A stretch of DNA of 64,000 nt from Sminthopsis crassicaudata. Lineage: Eukaryota. Of this stretch, positions 1-13,701 are shown in pieces. Each line of letters starts with the position of its first letter. The first letter of the stretch is position 1. The DNA lies in the NCBI RefSeq assembly GCF_048593235.1, contig NC_133617.1, positions 388,992,067 to 389,056,066 of the forward strand. Reading direction: 5' to 3'. The translations under genes and the position numbers were made by a program. The notes beneath the pieces were generated by a model. That model ran no database searches, was not told the origin of the DNA, and saw only the letters and a list, made by a program, of their open reading frames with translations.

Positions 1-830
1 TAAATCACTAGAAATGCAAATAAAGACAACTCTGATGTACCACTTCATGCCTTTCAGAGTGGCTAAGATGACTGGAAAAGATAATGATAAATGTTGGAGG
101 GGATGTGGAAAACTGGGACACTGTTGCATTGTTAGTAGAGTTGTGACCGGATCCAGACATTTTGGACAACAATTTGGAATTATGTCCAAAGGATATTAAA
201 ATTGTGCATATTCATTGATCCAGAAGTGTCACTACTGGCTCTGTATCCTAAAAAGATCATATGAGAGGGAAAATGACTCACATGTGCAAAAATGGCTGAA
301 CAAGTTGTAGTATACGAATGCAATGAAATATTGTTGTTCTATAAGAAATGTTGAACAGGATGATTTAAGAAAAGCCTGGAGAAACTTACATGAACTGATG
401 CTGAGAAAAGTACAGAATCATTGTACACAGTAATAGCAATATTGTGTGATAATCTACTGTGATGGACTTGGCTTTTCTTAGCAGTGAGGGGATCCAAGAA
501 AATTCTAATGGACTTGGGATGGAAAATGTCATCTGCATCTAGAGAGACAACTATAGAGACTGAATATGGCCTAAAGCATAGCATTTTCACCTTTTTTTGT
601 TATGTTTGCTTTTTCTTTCTTGTGTTTTTTTTTTTTTAATTTTTGGTCTGATTTTTCTTGTATAAATATGGAAACATGTTTAAAAGGTTTGTATATGTTT
701 AATCTGTATCAGATTGCTTGCTCTCTTGGAGAGGGGGCTGGTAAAGGAAGGAGGGAGAAAAAAGTTGGAACATTACAAAAATGAATATTGAAAACTATTT
801 TTACATTGGAAAACTAAAATACTATTAAGA
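1..830 (+). mobile_element. L1 LINE, ORF2 C-terminus and 3' UTR, degenerate
   Basis: Translation QIKTTLMYH..RVAKMTGKDNDKCWRGCGK is the L1 ORF2 cysteine-rich C-terminal region, followed by a marsupial L1 3' UTR and A-rich tail. Confidence 0.85.
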
Positions 831-2199
831 AAAATAAATTTTAAAAAGAAATCTTCTTTTACTCAAATTCCTTTTGTTTACTTCTTCCTGCAGCTTGTTT
901 TTAAAATTCCTTTGCCTTCTCATATACGACCAAATTTCCCATGTCTCAAATCAGGGTATCTTAGTAGTCAGTGACTCATTTTTAAATACGTCTTTCCCTC
1001 AGACATGAATGAACCCAACAATTCTAATATAATCTTCCCAGAGTTCTCATTTATCCAATTTACAATTTTGTCTATTAGATACAACTTTTAAAAATCTAAG
1101 AACGGTCACATTCAAATGAACTGACGGACTTCAAAGCCTTGTTGCCACTATGACCTCAGTTATGTTACTGCCTTCAAACAAATGTTTTCAGTACATTTAT
1201 CTGAGATATTTTTCCCTCTCTGGCTCTTAAAATAATTTTTGTTTCTCCCTCAATAGTTTATCTGAGAGGTTGTGCTTCTTTACAAGTTAATTTTATTATA
1301 TTTCCCTCTATAAGTCTTAGTTTTTGGTAGAATTTTTTGGTAGAATTGAGGTGAAAAGTGCTATTCATCAGTCCTACAAATTGCTCATTATTCTGATGTT
1401 TATTATTTAACCTTCCAGTGGATTATAATAGTATTTAAAATTTCTTGAATCATGTTTATATTTCTGTCAAGGTGAACTTGTGAATTTTTTTGTATCTTGA
1501 CACTTTATGAAATAAATACTTGTCCCATATATGATTGATATTATAAATTAAGTACCTTTCATGGTGTCATTGAGTTTAACAGTTAGAAAGGTGCTTAGTG
1601 GTTATTTAGTTCAATCCATAAATGGAAGGAATATCCATTATAATATACCTGATAAAAAATATACCCAGGCTCTGTTTGAAGTTAAGTTTACTTTATGAAA
1701 ACTCAAATCATTAAGATTGTCTTTTTGATAGCAAACGAAAATTGGTTTCTTTATGACTTGCTGATTGCTTCTAGTTCAAAGAGAACAAAACTAATCCTTC
1801 ATTCACTCTATAGCTTTTCTAATCCTTGAAGATAGCAATCATATAACTGTATAAATATGTATATATAAATATATATATATATATTGGAGTTAACATATAT
1901 TTTAACATATTTAACATGTATTGGACTACTTGCCATCTAGGGGAGGGGGTAGGGAGAAGGAGGGGAAAAGTTGGAACAGAAGGTTTTGCAAGGGTCAATT
2001 TTGAAAAATTACCCATGCATGTGTTTTGTAAATAAAAAGCTATAATAATAATAATAAGAATAATAAGAAGATAGCTATCATATTCTTCCATGAATTTTCT
2101 CTTCTCCAGACTAAAAATCCCCAGTTCCTTAAGATGAATCTCATATTCTATGGACCAAAAGTCTTTTACAACCCCATTTCCCTCCTCTGTATTCCCCAG

Positions 2200-3330
2200 A
2201 TCATCAGAATCCATTCAAAACTGTGACATCCATAACTGAAAACAGAATGCCAGATGAGAACTCATGAGGTCAGAGTATAGTAAGACTATTATTCCATATT
2301 CCAGGAAGCTCTGCTTCTCTTAATGCAGCTAATTACATTAGCTTATTTGTATGCCACTTCATGATGCTGACTCATATTGTCGCTTATAATAGTCCTTAAA
2401 AACATTCTGATATTTTTTAGAACCATTACTGTATGACTCTACCTTCCCTATTTTGTACTTCTGAATTTGATTTTATTTTAACCAAGCATAAATAAGCCTT
2501 CCTATTTACTCCTAATGAATTTTATCTTATTAGAATCAGCCCAGTACTTTAGCCTATCAAGATATTTTTGGAACCTGACTGTCATCCAGTACAGTGGCTC
2601 TCTCTTCCAGATTTGTGTCAAATATAATATAATAGGCATGTCACCTATGCATTTCTCCAAATCATTCATAAAAACATAAAACAGCACAAGGTCCAACACA
2701 GATCCCTAGGCTATTTCCTAAACACTCCCTTTCACATTAGGTTAACACTAAATCATCAACAACTACTCACTTCTTAATCTACTTTAACTATATTCTCATC
2801 TAATCCATATCTCTTCATCTCCACAAGAATAGTATGTAATACTTTGTCAAAAATTTACTAAAATCTAGGTCAATTGTCAAAAAAGAAAATGTGCTATTCT
2901 TGATGAAGCCATTGGATCTTTGTTATCCTGATTTTTCTTTCTACATGTTTGCTAACTAGCTCTTTAATGATTGCTTCTAGAATTTTACCAGGCATTGAAA
3001 TCAAGTTCACAGGCCATTGGTTTGCAGACTATCCTCATTTTCTTGAAAATATGGACAACATTTGCACCTTCTCCAATCTTATATATCAGATATTACTGAT
3101 GGTGACTCAGCAATCATCTTGTCCAGTTTTTTCAGTATTTAAGGATGTAATTGATCTGAGTCAGCTAACTTGGATTCAAGGAAAGCTAAATGCTCCCTTA
3201 CTATTTCTTCACTTATCTGGGGTATCAATTTCCTAATTTTATTCTGTGATCTTCAGGACAACAATAATTCTTCTTGGCAGAGAAAACAAAAGCAGAATAA
3301 TGATAGAGCAACTCTGTTTTTTCTCTGTTG
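2200..3330 (-). mobile_element. CR1/L3 LINE remnant
   Basis: Minus-strand translation FMNDLEK...QKYLDRLKYWADSNKIKF resembles the CR1 RT motif DLDRLEKWAESNxMKFN. Boundaries approximate. Confidence 0.65.
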
Positions 3331-4950
3331 TCAATTATCATAGTCCCAGCCACCCCAAGTAAAAGTCCTTTTCCTTCTGGGACTTTTATTTTCTCTCCCA
3401 ACATAGCTTAAAAATAAATAAAGAAAAAATACCATTTTATTATTCTTGAAGAAAGCTTCAGTAAGCTCAGCTCATCATGAGTTTTAACATGATGAGGCAA
3501 AGGCCTCAGAGTAAAAGCAGAGAAGACAAGATGGATAATGGAAAAATGGAATGCAGAGTAGGCATGGGGATTTAGAAGGGCATGAAATGAAATGGGAAAG
3601 AGGAACAGGGATTCAAAGTTGAGGAGTAGTATATTGTTGAATTCTTGAGCTATGGGGTTAAGATTATGAAAGGGGTAAAATAAAATCCAAGCAGAGGTAA
3701 TAAGTCAGGAGTAGAGAAAGTGGTAGAGAGACATTATGAAGGTGAAGAATAGGTTTAGGAGTAATGAATGAGAAAAAGAAGTGGAAATATAGAACATTGT
3801 GATAAGAAGAGGAATTTCAGAATTCAAGAGCCTAGAAGGAGAAAATTTTTGATTGATTAGATTCTAGGGCATAATTGATTATCCTTATGGACAGAGTAGA
3901 GCTCTATCCATATAGGTCATGAGATCTGAAGATATTGATAAACTAGAAGATCAGGATACTTGTAGGGACATCAATGTGAATATTGGTTTAAGTAGAAATT
4001 GGGGTATATCATAGATTTTGGACCTGGGAGAGTTAGGGATCATTTGATCTAATGCTTTTATTTTATACTTATGAAATCTCAGAGAAAAAGAGAGGAAGCA
4101 AACTGCCTAGTCTGGCATACAAATTGCAAGTAATGAAGTTAAGATTTGAACTCAGAATCTCCAACTTGTAAAAAATAAAAATAAAAATAAAAATAAAAGT
4201 ACTCTTTTCTTAAGCTATACAATGCCACCAGAGGCAGAAGAAGCCACTACTTTTTTTATGGGTAACTTCTGGTGAGGCCATTCTACTTCTCTGCTCACAA
4301 ATCAGGAATCTGGACAAAGGACCAGTGGGAAGGAAGGAAAGGAAAAGTCTCTTCAGAAATATAGCAATACTATTTATTAACCAGCAACTATTTTAAAAGG
4401 AATTTTTTTATTATAGCTTTTTATTGACAGAACATATGCATAGGTAATTTTTCAACATTGACCCTTGCAAACACTTCTGTTCCAACTTTTCCCTTCCTTC
4501 CCTTCACCCCCTCCTCTAGATGGCAGGCAGTTTTATGCATGTTAAACATGCTAAAGTATATCTTAAATATAATATATGTGTACATATTTATACAGTTCTC
4601 TTATAGGAACTATTTTTTAAAGTTATACATGTAAATTCTTTTTTTTACATATTTCCATTTGAGTGATGAGGGGACAGAAAAATCACAACAAAAGGGAAAA
4701 ACTATAAGGAAAAAAAAGAAGAAAAAATGGTGAAAAAATGTATACTTTGAACTGCATTCAGTTTCCTTAATTATCTCTCTGGATAAGGATTACATTTTCC
4801 TTCCAAATTTATTGGAATTCCACCAAGTATTTATTAAATCCCTACTGTGTGCCAAGTACCATGCCAGGCACTGGAGATACATAAATACATAAAGAGAAAT
4901 AAGCTCTGCCCACAAGGAACTTACATTATGATGGAAGACACAGATAAATA

Positions 4951-6171
4951 TGTGGTCTCCCAAAAGTCTCAGTGCAGTTTTTAAGCATAAATGCTACATA
5001 CTTGCAAAAAATAAAATTTGGAAGATTGATTATTCACATTTTAAAAATATAGGTATTTTTTACAATAAAAATTTGACATGGCCATTGCTTTACTTAATTT
5101 TTGAACTTTGAAAAAAATTTTCATCAGTTGCTATTTGATAGCAAAAGGATAGCATTTGTAGCCTTAACCTTAAAATCATGCAGAAAATGAGGCTTAGGTG
5201 CTTACATAACAGTTTTGAGGCCCAAGAAGAAAAATACTAATAGAGAAAGATCTGGTGATCAAGGTGATCAAACAAGAGAACCTTCCCAACATATCAAGAG
5301 GTCTGGACAAGTGTCACCCAGAAACTGACATGAATTCATGGTACAATGACAATGAATGACCCAATTGAAAATTATTATTTAAATTTCCAAAAGTTAAATA
5401 GGTATAAAAATTTTGAATAACTAAATTTTCTTTTTTTAAATAATAGCTTTTTATTTTCAAAATATTTGCAAAGATAGTTTTCAACATTCATCCTTGCAAA
5501 ACCTTATGTTCCAAATTTTTTTCTCCCTCCTTTCCTCCTTCCTCCTCCCCAGGCAGCAATATATGTTAAATTCTTCTATGTGCAATTCTTCTATATACAT
5601 TTCCATATTTATCATGCTGCAGAAGAAAAATCAGATCAAAAAGGAAAAAAAATGAGAAAGGAAAAAAAAGCAAGCAAACAACAACAACAACAAAGGTGAA
5701 AATACTATGTTGTGATCCATACTCAGTTCCTACTCTGGATGCAGATGGCTCTCTCTATCACAAGTCAATTGGAATTGGGCTGAAACATCTTATTGCAATA
5801 ATGGGCATCCTTGTTTTGACCCTGATCTTATTGGGAATGTGTCCAACTTCTCTCCACTACAAATAATGCTTGCTATTGGTTTTAGATAGATACTGCTTAT
5901 TATTTTAAGGAAAGCTCCCTTTATTCCTATGCTCTCTAGTTTTTTTTTTTTTTTTTTTTTTAATAGGAATGGGTGATGTATTTTGTCAAAACCTTTTTTT
6001 TTGCACCTATTGAGATTATCATATGATTTCTGTTGCTTTGTTATTGATATGATTAATTATGATATTATTGTGAATAACTAAATTTTCAAATGATTTTTAG
6101 GTAAGTTTATAGCATTTATACTTTTGAAGGTCATTAAAAGTGTAAACTGCACTAAACCTTTTGAAACACTG
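4951..6171 (-). mobile_element. Tc1/mariner DNA transposon remnant, interrupted by an L1
   Basis: Subterminal inverted repeats 4961-4980 and 6144-6163 (17/20 match); TA at both ends; minus-strand *SP*SPDLSLLVFFFLG at 5270-5220 is a decayed WPPRSPDLxPLDFFLWG transposase motif. Confidence 0.75.
5431..6070 (-). mobile_element. L1 fragment with perfect 17-bp TSD
   Basis: TSD TGAATAACTAAATTTTC at 5414-5430 and 6071-6087; T-rich tail at the left end; 3' UTR joined to an ORF2-like segment. Confidence 0.8.
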
Positions 6172-6399
6172 TACTGGGACATGCAGAATCAATACAAATA
6201 AATACAAAGTAGCTAATCACAAGGTAGTTGAGAAGAAGAACAGTAACATTTCAAGGAAGAGAAAGTTAGAAAGGCTTCATGTAAAAAAAGGGGGGTAGAG
6301 GGATGCTTTAATTATGTCAAGTCCCTTGAGAAGGATTCTATGTAGCATAGGTAAAGATGGGAGTGTGTGGGTATTTTCTGCATGTATGGATGTATTGGG

Positions 6400-7800
6400 A
6401 GAAGCAATGCACAGTAAAGTTGAACATATAGGTTGGACAATGAGATGATTGAGGAGATGATTGAGTTTCAATGATCTTGTGATGAAGAGAATCATCTACA
6501 CCCAAAAAGAAGACTGTGGGACCTGAAGGTGTATCACAACATAACCTTCTCACTCTTTTTGTTGTTGTTTATTTGCAGTTTGTTTTCTTATTCATTTTCT
6601 TTCCTTTTTGATCTGATCTTTCTTGTGTAGCAAGATAATGGTACAAATATTTTACATATATTGGATTTAACATATTTTAACATGTATAACATATATTAGA
6701 TTACTTGCCATCTGGGGAGAGGGGGGCAGGAGGGGAAAATTTGGAACACAAGGCTATGCAAGGATCAATGTTGAAAAATTATCTGTGCATATGTTTTGAA
6801 AATAAAAAGCTCTAATAATAATAAGTTTAAAAATGTAGAGAATTTTTTAAAAAAGAAAATATAGGTTGGAGCAAAGCTCAGATTTTAAAGCAAGGAGTGC
6901 TTTAAAATTAACTAGATGAATTTATATTTGATTAAAAAGACAATATGGAATCACTAAAATCAATTGAATAGTAAGAGGGACAATTTAGGTTATGAACTTG
7001 AGACACCTCAAGAATGGTGGACCTTCCATAGAAATAAGGACGTTTGGAAGTGGTTGTGTTTGAGAGAAAGATTACTGATTCTGTTTTGGCTATGTTGAGT
7101 TCAAAATGTTTAATATACAACTGGCAAAGCAGTACTGATGGACACAATGGATAGAGCACAGGACCTGGAGTCAGGAAGTTCAAATCTAGTCATAGACACT
7201 TCCTACTCATGTGATCCTGGGCAAGACACTTGATGTTATTTGCCTCAGTTTTCTCATCTGTAAAATGAATTGAAAATGGCAAAATCATTCCAAGAAAACT
7301 CCAAATTGGATTTTTCCACAACTGAAAACCTGCTAAATGATAACAACAATAAAAAGCAGGATTGAAAATTTAGAGGATAATCAATTGGGGAATGGCTGAA
7401 CAAGTTATATGAAGGTAATAGGATATTATTGTTCTACAAAAAATGATGAACAAGCTGATTTTAGAAAGCCTTGGAAAGAAATACACAAATTGATGCTGAG
7501 GGAAACAAGCAGAAACAGGAATACATTGTACATAGTAACAGCAAGAATGATCAACTATGAGAGACTTGGTTCTTCTCAGTGGTTCAGTGATCCAAGACAA
7601 TCCCAATAGACTTTGGACAGAAAATGCTATCTGTATCCAGAAAAAGAACTAAAGAGACTGAATATAAATCAACACATGCTATGTTCACTTCTTTTTGTCT
7701 ATTTTTTTCTCTTCCATGGTTTTTCCCTTTTGTTCTGATTTTTCTCTCCCAACATGATCCATAAAGCAATGTGTATTAAAAATTAATTAATTAAAAAAAG
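6400..7800 (+). mobile_element. Cluster of L1 3' fragments with intervening L2 and SINE pieces
   Basis: L1 3' UTR motifs at about 6400-6830 and 7380-7800; SINE head (GGATAGAGCAC...GTTCAAAT) at about 7140-7330. Confidence 0.7.
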
Positions 7801-8411
7801 GAAATAGAGAAGAGATTGAGACTGGATATTTAGATTTGGGAGTCATTAGCATAAAGATAATAATCAAATTCATGAATTGATTGTTTGCCCAAAGTAAAGA
7901 ACTCCAGGGTCCCTGTGCTATGTGATAATGAAGACTCCATTACTAGTTGCTGGAACAGAAGAATTGATAACCCAGGAGATTATAACAGCTGGGTGAGTAG
8001 AGTAGATGGAGTATTGAACCTGACATCATGAAGATCTTAGTTCAAATGCAGATACTTACTAGCTGTATGCGAGTCATTTAACTTCTGTTTGCCTCAATCC
8101 CCTCCTCTGTAAAATGGGGATGTCACATTGGAAATATCTTGTGGTTGTCTGAATCAATCATATTCCTTGGATCTAAATATCAAAACAGTCAGCCATTCAG
8201 ATGTTCAACAGACCTGTCACAGAAGAGGTCAAGTGTACCTGCCTCTCTGGATAATTGTAAATATATGATGAAATGATTATTTATAAAGTGTTTTGTAAGC
8301 CCTAGGGTACTATATAAATTATTGTCATCATCATCATTATTATTATATACTAAAGCAAACAATTAGGGTCTTCAATTTTCTTTTTCTTTGACTGTATAGC
8401 ATATAAATTAT

Positions 8412-8870
8412 TGTGAGCTGAGAATCTGGTGGGAAAAGGAGTCTGATTTGGCCTCTTTCTAGGTGTGAGGATTGATGGAGAGAAAATCCCATCCTTCCCC
8501 TCCTCCCCCAGGGCAATTTCTCAAATCTTGTTTTTCCTCCACTTCTGGGCCAATTTTCTGAATTGATGAACTCCTATCCTTGGCCTCTTCTTCAGCCAAT
8601 CATAAGATATTGCCAGTATGACATTACTGTGTCTTTATTCAGTAGCCCAAAGTCAAGAATTCTCTCAAATTGATTAAAGGCTTGAGGTGGGGTTATAGAA
8701 CGATTCCTCAATACCTGCTTTATAAACTTTGTGACTTCATTATGTTACCTGTTGATTGATTGATTCTGTGACTATAGCAATTAAGTGGGGAGAGAAACTC
8801 CCTCTAGCTGATTACATTACAAGCCTTTTGTGGTTACATAAATTAATATAGTGAGTAGATTTTCCTCACA
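8412..8870. mobile_element. Possible solo LTR
   Basis: TGTGAG...CTCACA inverted termini, with CCAAT and TATAAA-like internal motifs. No TSD seen. Confidence 0.35.
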
Positions 8871-10539
8871 GGAAGAAAAAAAGAAGTCTGGAATGTCCCT
8901 TAGGAATTTGCACAGCCATAGCCTTCACTCCTGAAGGGAAGAGAGGGAAATGGTTGTTCAGTTGTTTGTGACCCCATATATAACTCTCCAAATGATTCAT
9001 GGGATTTTCTTGAGGGAAAAAAAAAAAGGAGATGGTATTTGCAGTTGAATAAAGTCCAGGAACAGAATTGCAGTGGGGGAACAAAAGGTGTGACAGCTTT
9101 TCCTCTCCCTCTCTCTTCCTCATCTTTTTTGGGGGGAGAGGTAACAAAAGAATGGGACTTGACTTTTTTTTTTTGTCCTCATTAAAAAAATGTTTTTGTT
9201 TTCACCCAGTTATATGTGAAAACAGTATTTTTTGGGGGGTTATACATGTACAATCATTTGTTATTGTTGTTTTTACATATTTCCTTATGAATCATATTCA
9301 GAGAGAAAAATCAGAACAAAAGGGAAAAAAACATGAGATAAAAAGAAAAGAGAAGAAAGAGAAAAAAATGACATAGCATGTGTTGATTTATATTCACTTT
9401 CCACAGTTCTCTTTCTGGATGTGGATGGCATTTTCCATCCAAAGTTTATTGGAATTGCCTTGTATCACTAAATGGCTGGGAAGAACCAAGTCTGTCATGC
9501 TTGTTCATCATTTTTTATAGAATAATAATATTCCATTACTTACAATTTATTCAATCATTCCCCAACTGATGAGCATTCACTCAGTTTCCAGTCTCTTGCC
9601 ACTACAAAAAGGGCTGCCACAAACAGTTTTGCACATGTGGGTCCCTTCCCCTCCTTTAAGATATCTTTGGGATACAGATCCAGTAGTAACACTGCTGGAT
9701 CAAAGGGCATGCACAGTTTGATAGCCCTTTGGGCACAGTTCCAAATCTCCTCCTCATCTTTGCCCACTACTGGTAAGGTCCTGCCTCCATTAACCTCTCT
9801 TGGATTTGATATGAGTCAGGGATAGTTCCAGCTCTAGCTCCTACCACAATAATGTGGCAATACCAAGGGCAGGAGCCTCTGGTTACTACCACTGAGGGGG
9901 AAGCTTTTTTCCCTTCCTCCCAGAGCACTAGCACTATCTGTTCCTCAGTGACCAGATATGCCAGTCTTTCCTATAAACTTTTGCTAGCAATATTCCTCTA
10001 TCTATGAGCAGTCTCTTTTCTCTTCTTCTCTTCCCCAGCCAGATCCTGACAAATCTTCAGGACCTAAATCAAGAAAAAAAAGGAAACAATATGTTTATTG
10101 CCTATTATGTGCCAGGCTTAGACTAACCCCTTTACAAATATTATCTCATTTGATCTTCATAACAACCCTGAGAAGAAGGTGCTATTATGATCCCCATTTT
10201 ACATATCAGAAACTGAGGTAGACAGTGGTTAAATGAATGCCCAGGGTCATAGCTAATAAATATACATCGAGTTCTTTTCCTTCAGAAAGAATCCTTGATT
10301 GCTCCAGCTGGGATGAGGGAATGAGGGAGTTTCTACCTGCTCTAACTGCTCATAGTTTTTTTAGGTCAGAGCTATGTGCTTCAGAGAAGCACACAGAAGG
10401 AGAGCTCCTTCTCCTTTACCTCCCCCTTCCCTGACAAAAAAGGAGGATGGAGATCACAGGTGCACAGGATTTAAATCTAGAAAGAAACTTAAAGACAATT
10501 GGAGGATTCTTTCATTTTTATAGATGAGGGAAATGAGGT

Positions 10540-11420
10540 ATAATAGCTTTTTATTTTCCCCAATATATACAAAGATAATTTTCAACATCCACCCTCACAA
10601 AAATCTTGTGTTCAAAATGTTTCTCCTTCTCCTCCCCTTTTTTCCTCTCTCCTAAACAGCAAGCAATCCAATATAGGTAAAACATGTGCAATTTTTCTAA
10701 ACATATTTCCATAGTCATGCTGTGCAAGGAAAATTAGATTAAACGGTGAAAGAAAAAACACACAAAAAAGCAAACAAAACACTAAACTGAAAATACTATG
10801 CTTTGATCCACATTCCATCTCCATCTTCCTCCTTCTGCTCATTTCACTTGTATCAGTTCACATAAGTCTTTCCAGACTTTTCTGAAATCAGCTTGCTCAT
10901 GGTTTCTTATAGAAAAATAATATTCTATGTAAACTGTTTGCATTACTATCTTTCTACCCAGGTTACTTATACCTTTGGAATCCAATTCTTACAGTGCAAC
11001 AAGAAAATTGGATTTACACACATCTATTGCATCTAGGTTATATTATAACACGTGTAATATGTATGGGATTGCCTGTCATCTAGGGGAGGGAATAGAGGAA
11101 AGGAGGGGAAAATCTGGAAAAATGAATACAAGGGATAATGTAAAAAAAATTACTCATGCATATGTACTGTCAAAAAAATTATAATTATAAAATTAATAAA
11201 AAAATAATATTCTATAACATTCATATACCATAACTTACTCAGCCATTCCCCAGCTGATGGGCATCCACTCAGTTTCCAGTTCCTTGCCACAACAAAAAGA
11301 GTTGCCACAAACATTTTTGCACATGTGGGTCTCTCTCTTTCCCCTCTTTTATGATTTCTTTGGAACATGGACCCAGTAGTGAGACAATTGGATCAAAAGG
11401 TATGCATAATTTTGATAGCC
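10540..11420 (-). mobile_element. Older L1 3' region with a nested younger L1 (10929-11199, +)
   Basis: 16-bp TSD AAAAATAATATTCTAT at 10913-10928 and 11200-11215; the host L1 resumes after the insert. Confidence 0.8.
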
Positions 11421-12839
11421 CTTTGTGCATATCAACTTTTATTTTTGTAAGACTTTATTTTCCAAATTTTTCTCCTTCCCTTACTTACCTCCCCTCTCTC
11501 CAAGACAACAAGCAATCTAATATAGATTAAATATATGTGATTCTTTTAAACATATTTCCACATTTGTCATGTTGTGCAAGAAAAATAAGACCAAAAGAAA
11601 AAAAAAAGGACATAAAAATAAAAAAAAAAAACCAACAAAAAGATGAACATACTATGCTTTGATCCATATTCAGGTTTCAGAGTTCTCTTTCTAGATGGGA
11701 TTGGTATTTTCCAACCCAAGTATACTGGAATTGCCTTGAATCCCTAAGGATGGGATTTAAAGTCTTTTGACTCCAAACTAAGAAGCCCTATCCACTCTAG
11801 CTAATTGTGCTGCCTCTCTCAGTACCTGTTGTACTCCTTCCAGAAGATGTTCAAGGACCTTTTCATCACTCCCCCACCTCCTAGATCACACAAGAGGGTG
11901 TGGGAGAATAGAAAAGAGGATCCCATTCAGGGGGAGCTGACTCAGCTCTTGTGTCAACAGCTCCTTATAACCCCCTGTTGGGCTTGGTGGGGTTGGGCTG
12001 GAGCTTGAACTCAGTGACAGATGGGTGTTCCTAGCTGCAGGCTGGGACTTCAGAGGAAGCCGCCAAAAGCCACACAAAGCCCCTTTGCTTGGGAAGATTG
12101 AAACACATTCCTGGAGCTCAGCCAGGGGAGGCTCAGGAGTGTCTTGGCCCCTGTTTGAGAAGGAGGGGATTTGGGGCCTTAGGGGAGTTTGACAAGGTGA
12201 AGAAGCAGGCCTTGGTTCTGTTACCTCTGAGCTTCTAGTCCTTTGGACCCAAAAAAGGAGTAAATTCTAGCTCAGGCCTGGGGGTATCACAGTCTGGGGG
12301 AAACTAGAGTCGCTGACCTGGGTCCTGCACTTGTGAAGGTAATAATAAGATAAATGAGGAATAGTTATGATTCAACTTTAGGGAAAGGGGAGGCAATCTT
12401 TAGTAATTATCCCTGTCTCCTTTGGGATGAGTAGTTCTTGTTGTGGTGATTCCCTTTCCTCCTTTGTTTACAAAGAAGCCCAATGATATCACCAGTGTGA
12501 TGACTTGAGTGTGAACTGGCTAGAGTTTAGGCAACCTTAATCTCCTCGAGTCCAGTGGTCAGAGGGAGGTCAAGAAGACAGGCAACAGTCCAGGATGCAG
12601 TGGATGATCTCTCCCATGTAAGGTCTCAGTTTGTCTGAATCATCCCCATTCAATTACTAACAGCTAGGTAAGTAAGGCAAAGGTGTGCAGAAAAGATCTT
12701 TACACTGGGAGTGGGAAAGCTGGGTTCTAGTCTCAACTCTGCTCCTAACTGGATGTCTGTGGCCTCTCTAAGGTTCCTTAGCTCACTGTAATTACAGTAG
12801 GATTCAGGATGGCCACATCCTGTTCATACCCCCTTTCTT

Positions 12840-13701
12840 TTTTTTTTATTATTAATTTTGTAATTATAACATTTTTTGACAGTACATATGCATAGGTAAT
12901 TTTTTACAACACTATCCCTTGTACTCCCTTCTGTTGGCAGGCATTCCCATACATATTAAATATGTTATAGTATATCCTAGGTACAATATATAAGTGCAGA
13001 ACCGAATTGTTGTTGTTGTTGTTGTTGCAAAGGAAGAATTGCATTCAGAAGGTAAAAATAATCTGGGGAGAAAAACAAAAAATGCTCACAGTTTACACTC
13101 ATTTCCCAGTGTTCCTTTTCTGGATGTAGCTGATTCTGTCCATCATTGATCAATTGGAATTGGATTAGATCTTCTCTTTGTGTAAGATATCCACTTCCAT
13201 CAGAGTACATCCTCATACAGTATCATTGTTGAAGTGTATAATGATCTCCTGGTTCTGCTCATTTCACTCAGCATCAGTTGATGTAAGTCTCTCCAAGCCT
13301 CTCTGTATTCATCCTGCTGGTCATTTCTTACAGAACAATGATATTCCATAACCTTCATATACCATAATTTACCCAACCATTCTCCAATTGATGGACATCC
13401 ATTCATCTTCCAGTTTCTAGCCACTACAAAAAGAGTTGCCACAAACATTTTGGCACATACAGGTCATTTCCCCCTCTTTAGTATTTCTTTGGGATATAAG
13501 CCCAGTAGTAGTATGGCTGGGTCAAAGGGTATGCACAGTTTGATAACTTTTTGGGCATAATTCCAGATTGCTCTCCAGAATGGCTGGATATATTCACAAT
13601 TCCACCTACAATGCATCAGTGTCCCAGTTTTCCCACAGCCCCTCCAACATTCATCATTATTTGTTCTTGTCATCTTAGCCAATCTGACAGGTGTGTAGTA
13701 T
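12840..13701 (-). mobile_element. Young 5'-truncated L1 (ORF2 C-terminus plus 3' UTR)
   Basis: Perfect 14-bp TSD ATACCCCCTTTCTT at 12826-12839 and 13702-13715; well-preserved ORF2 C-terminal peptides ([29 protein letters not shown]). Confidence 0.9.
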
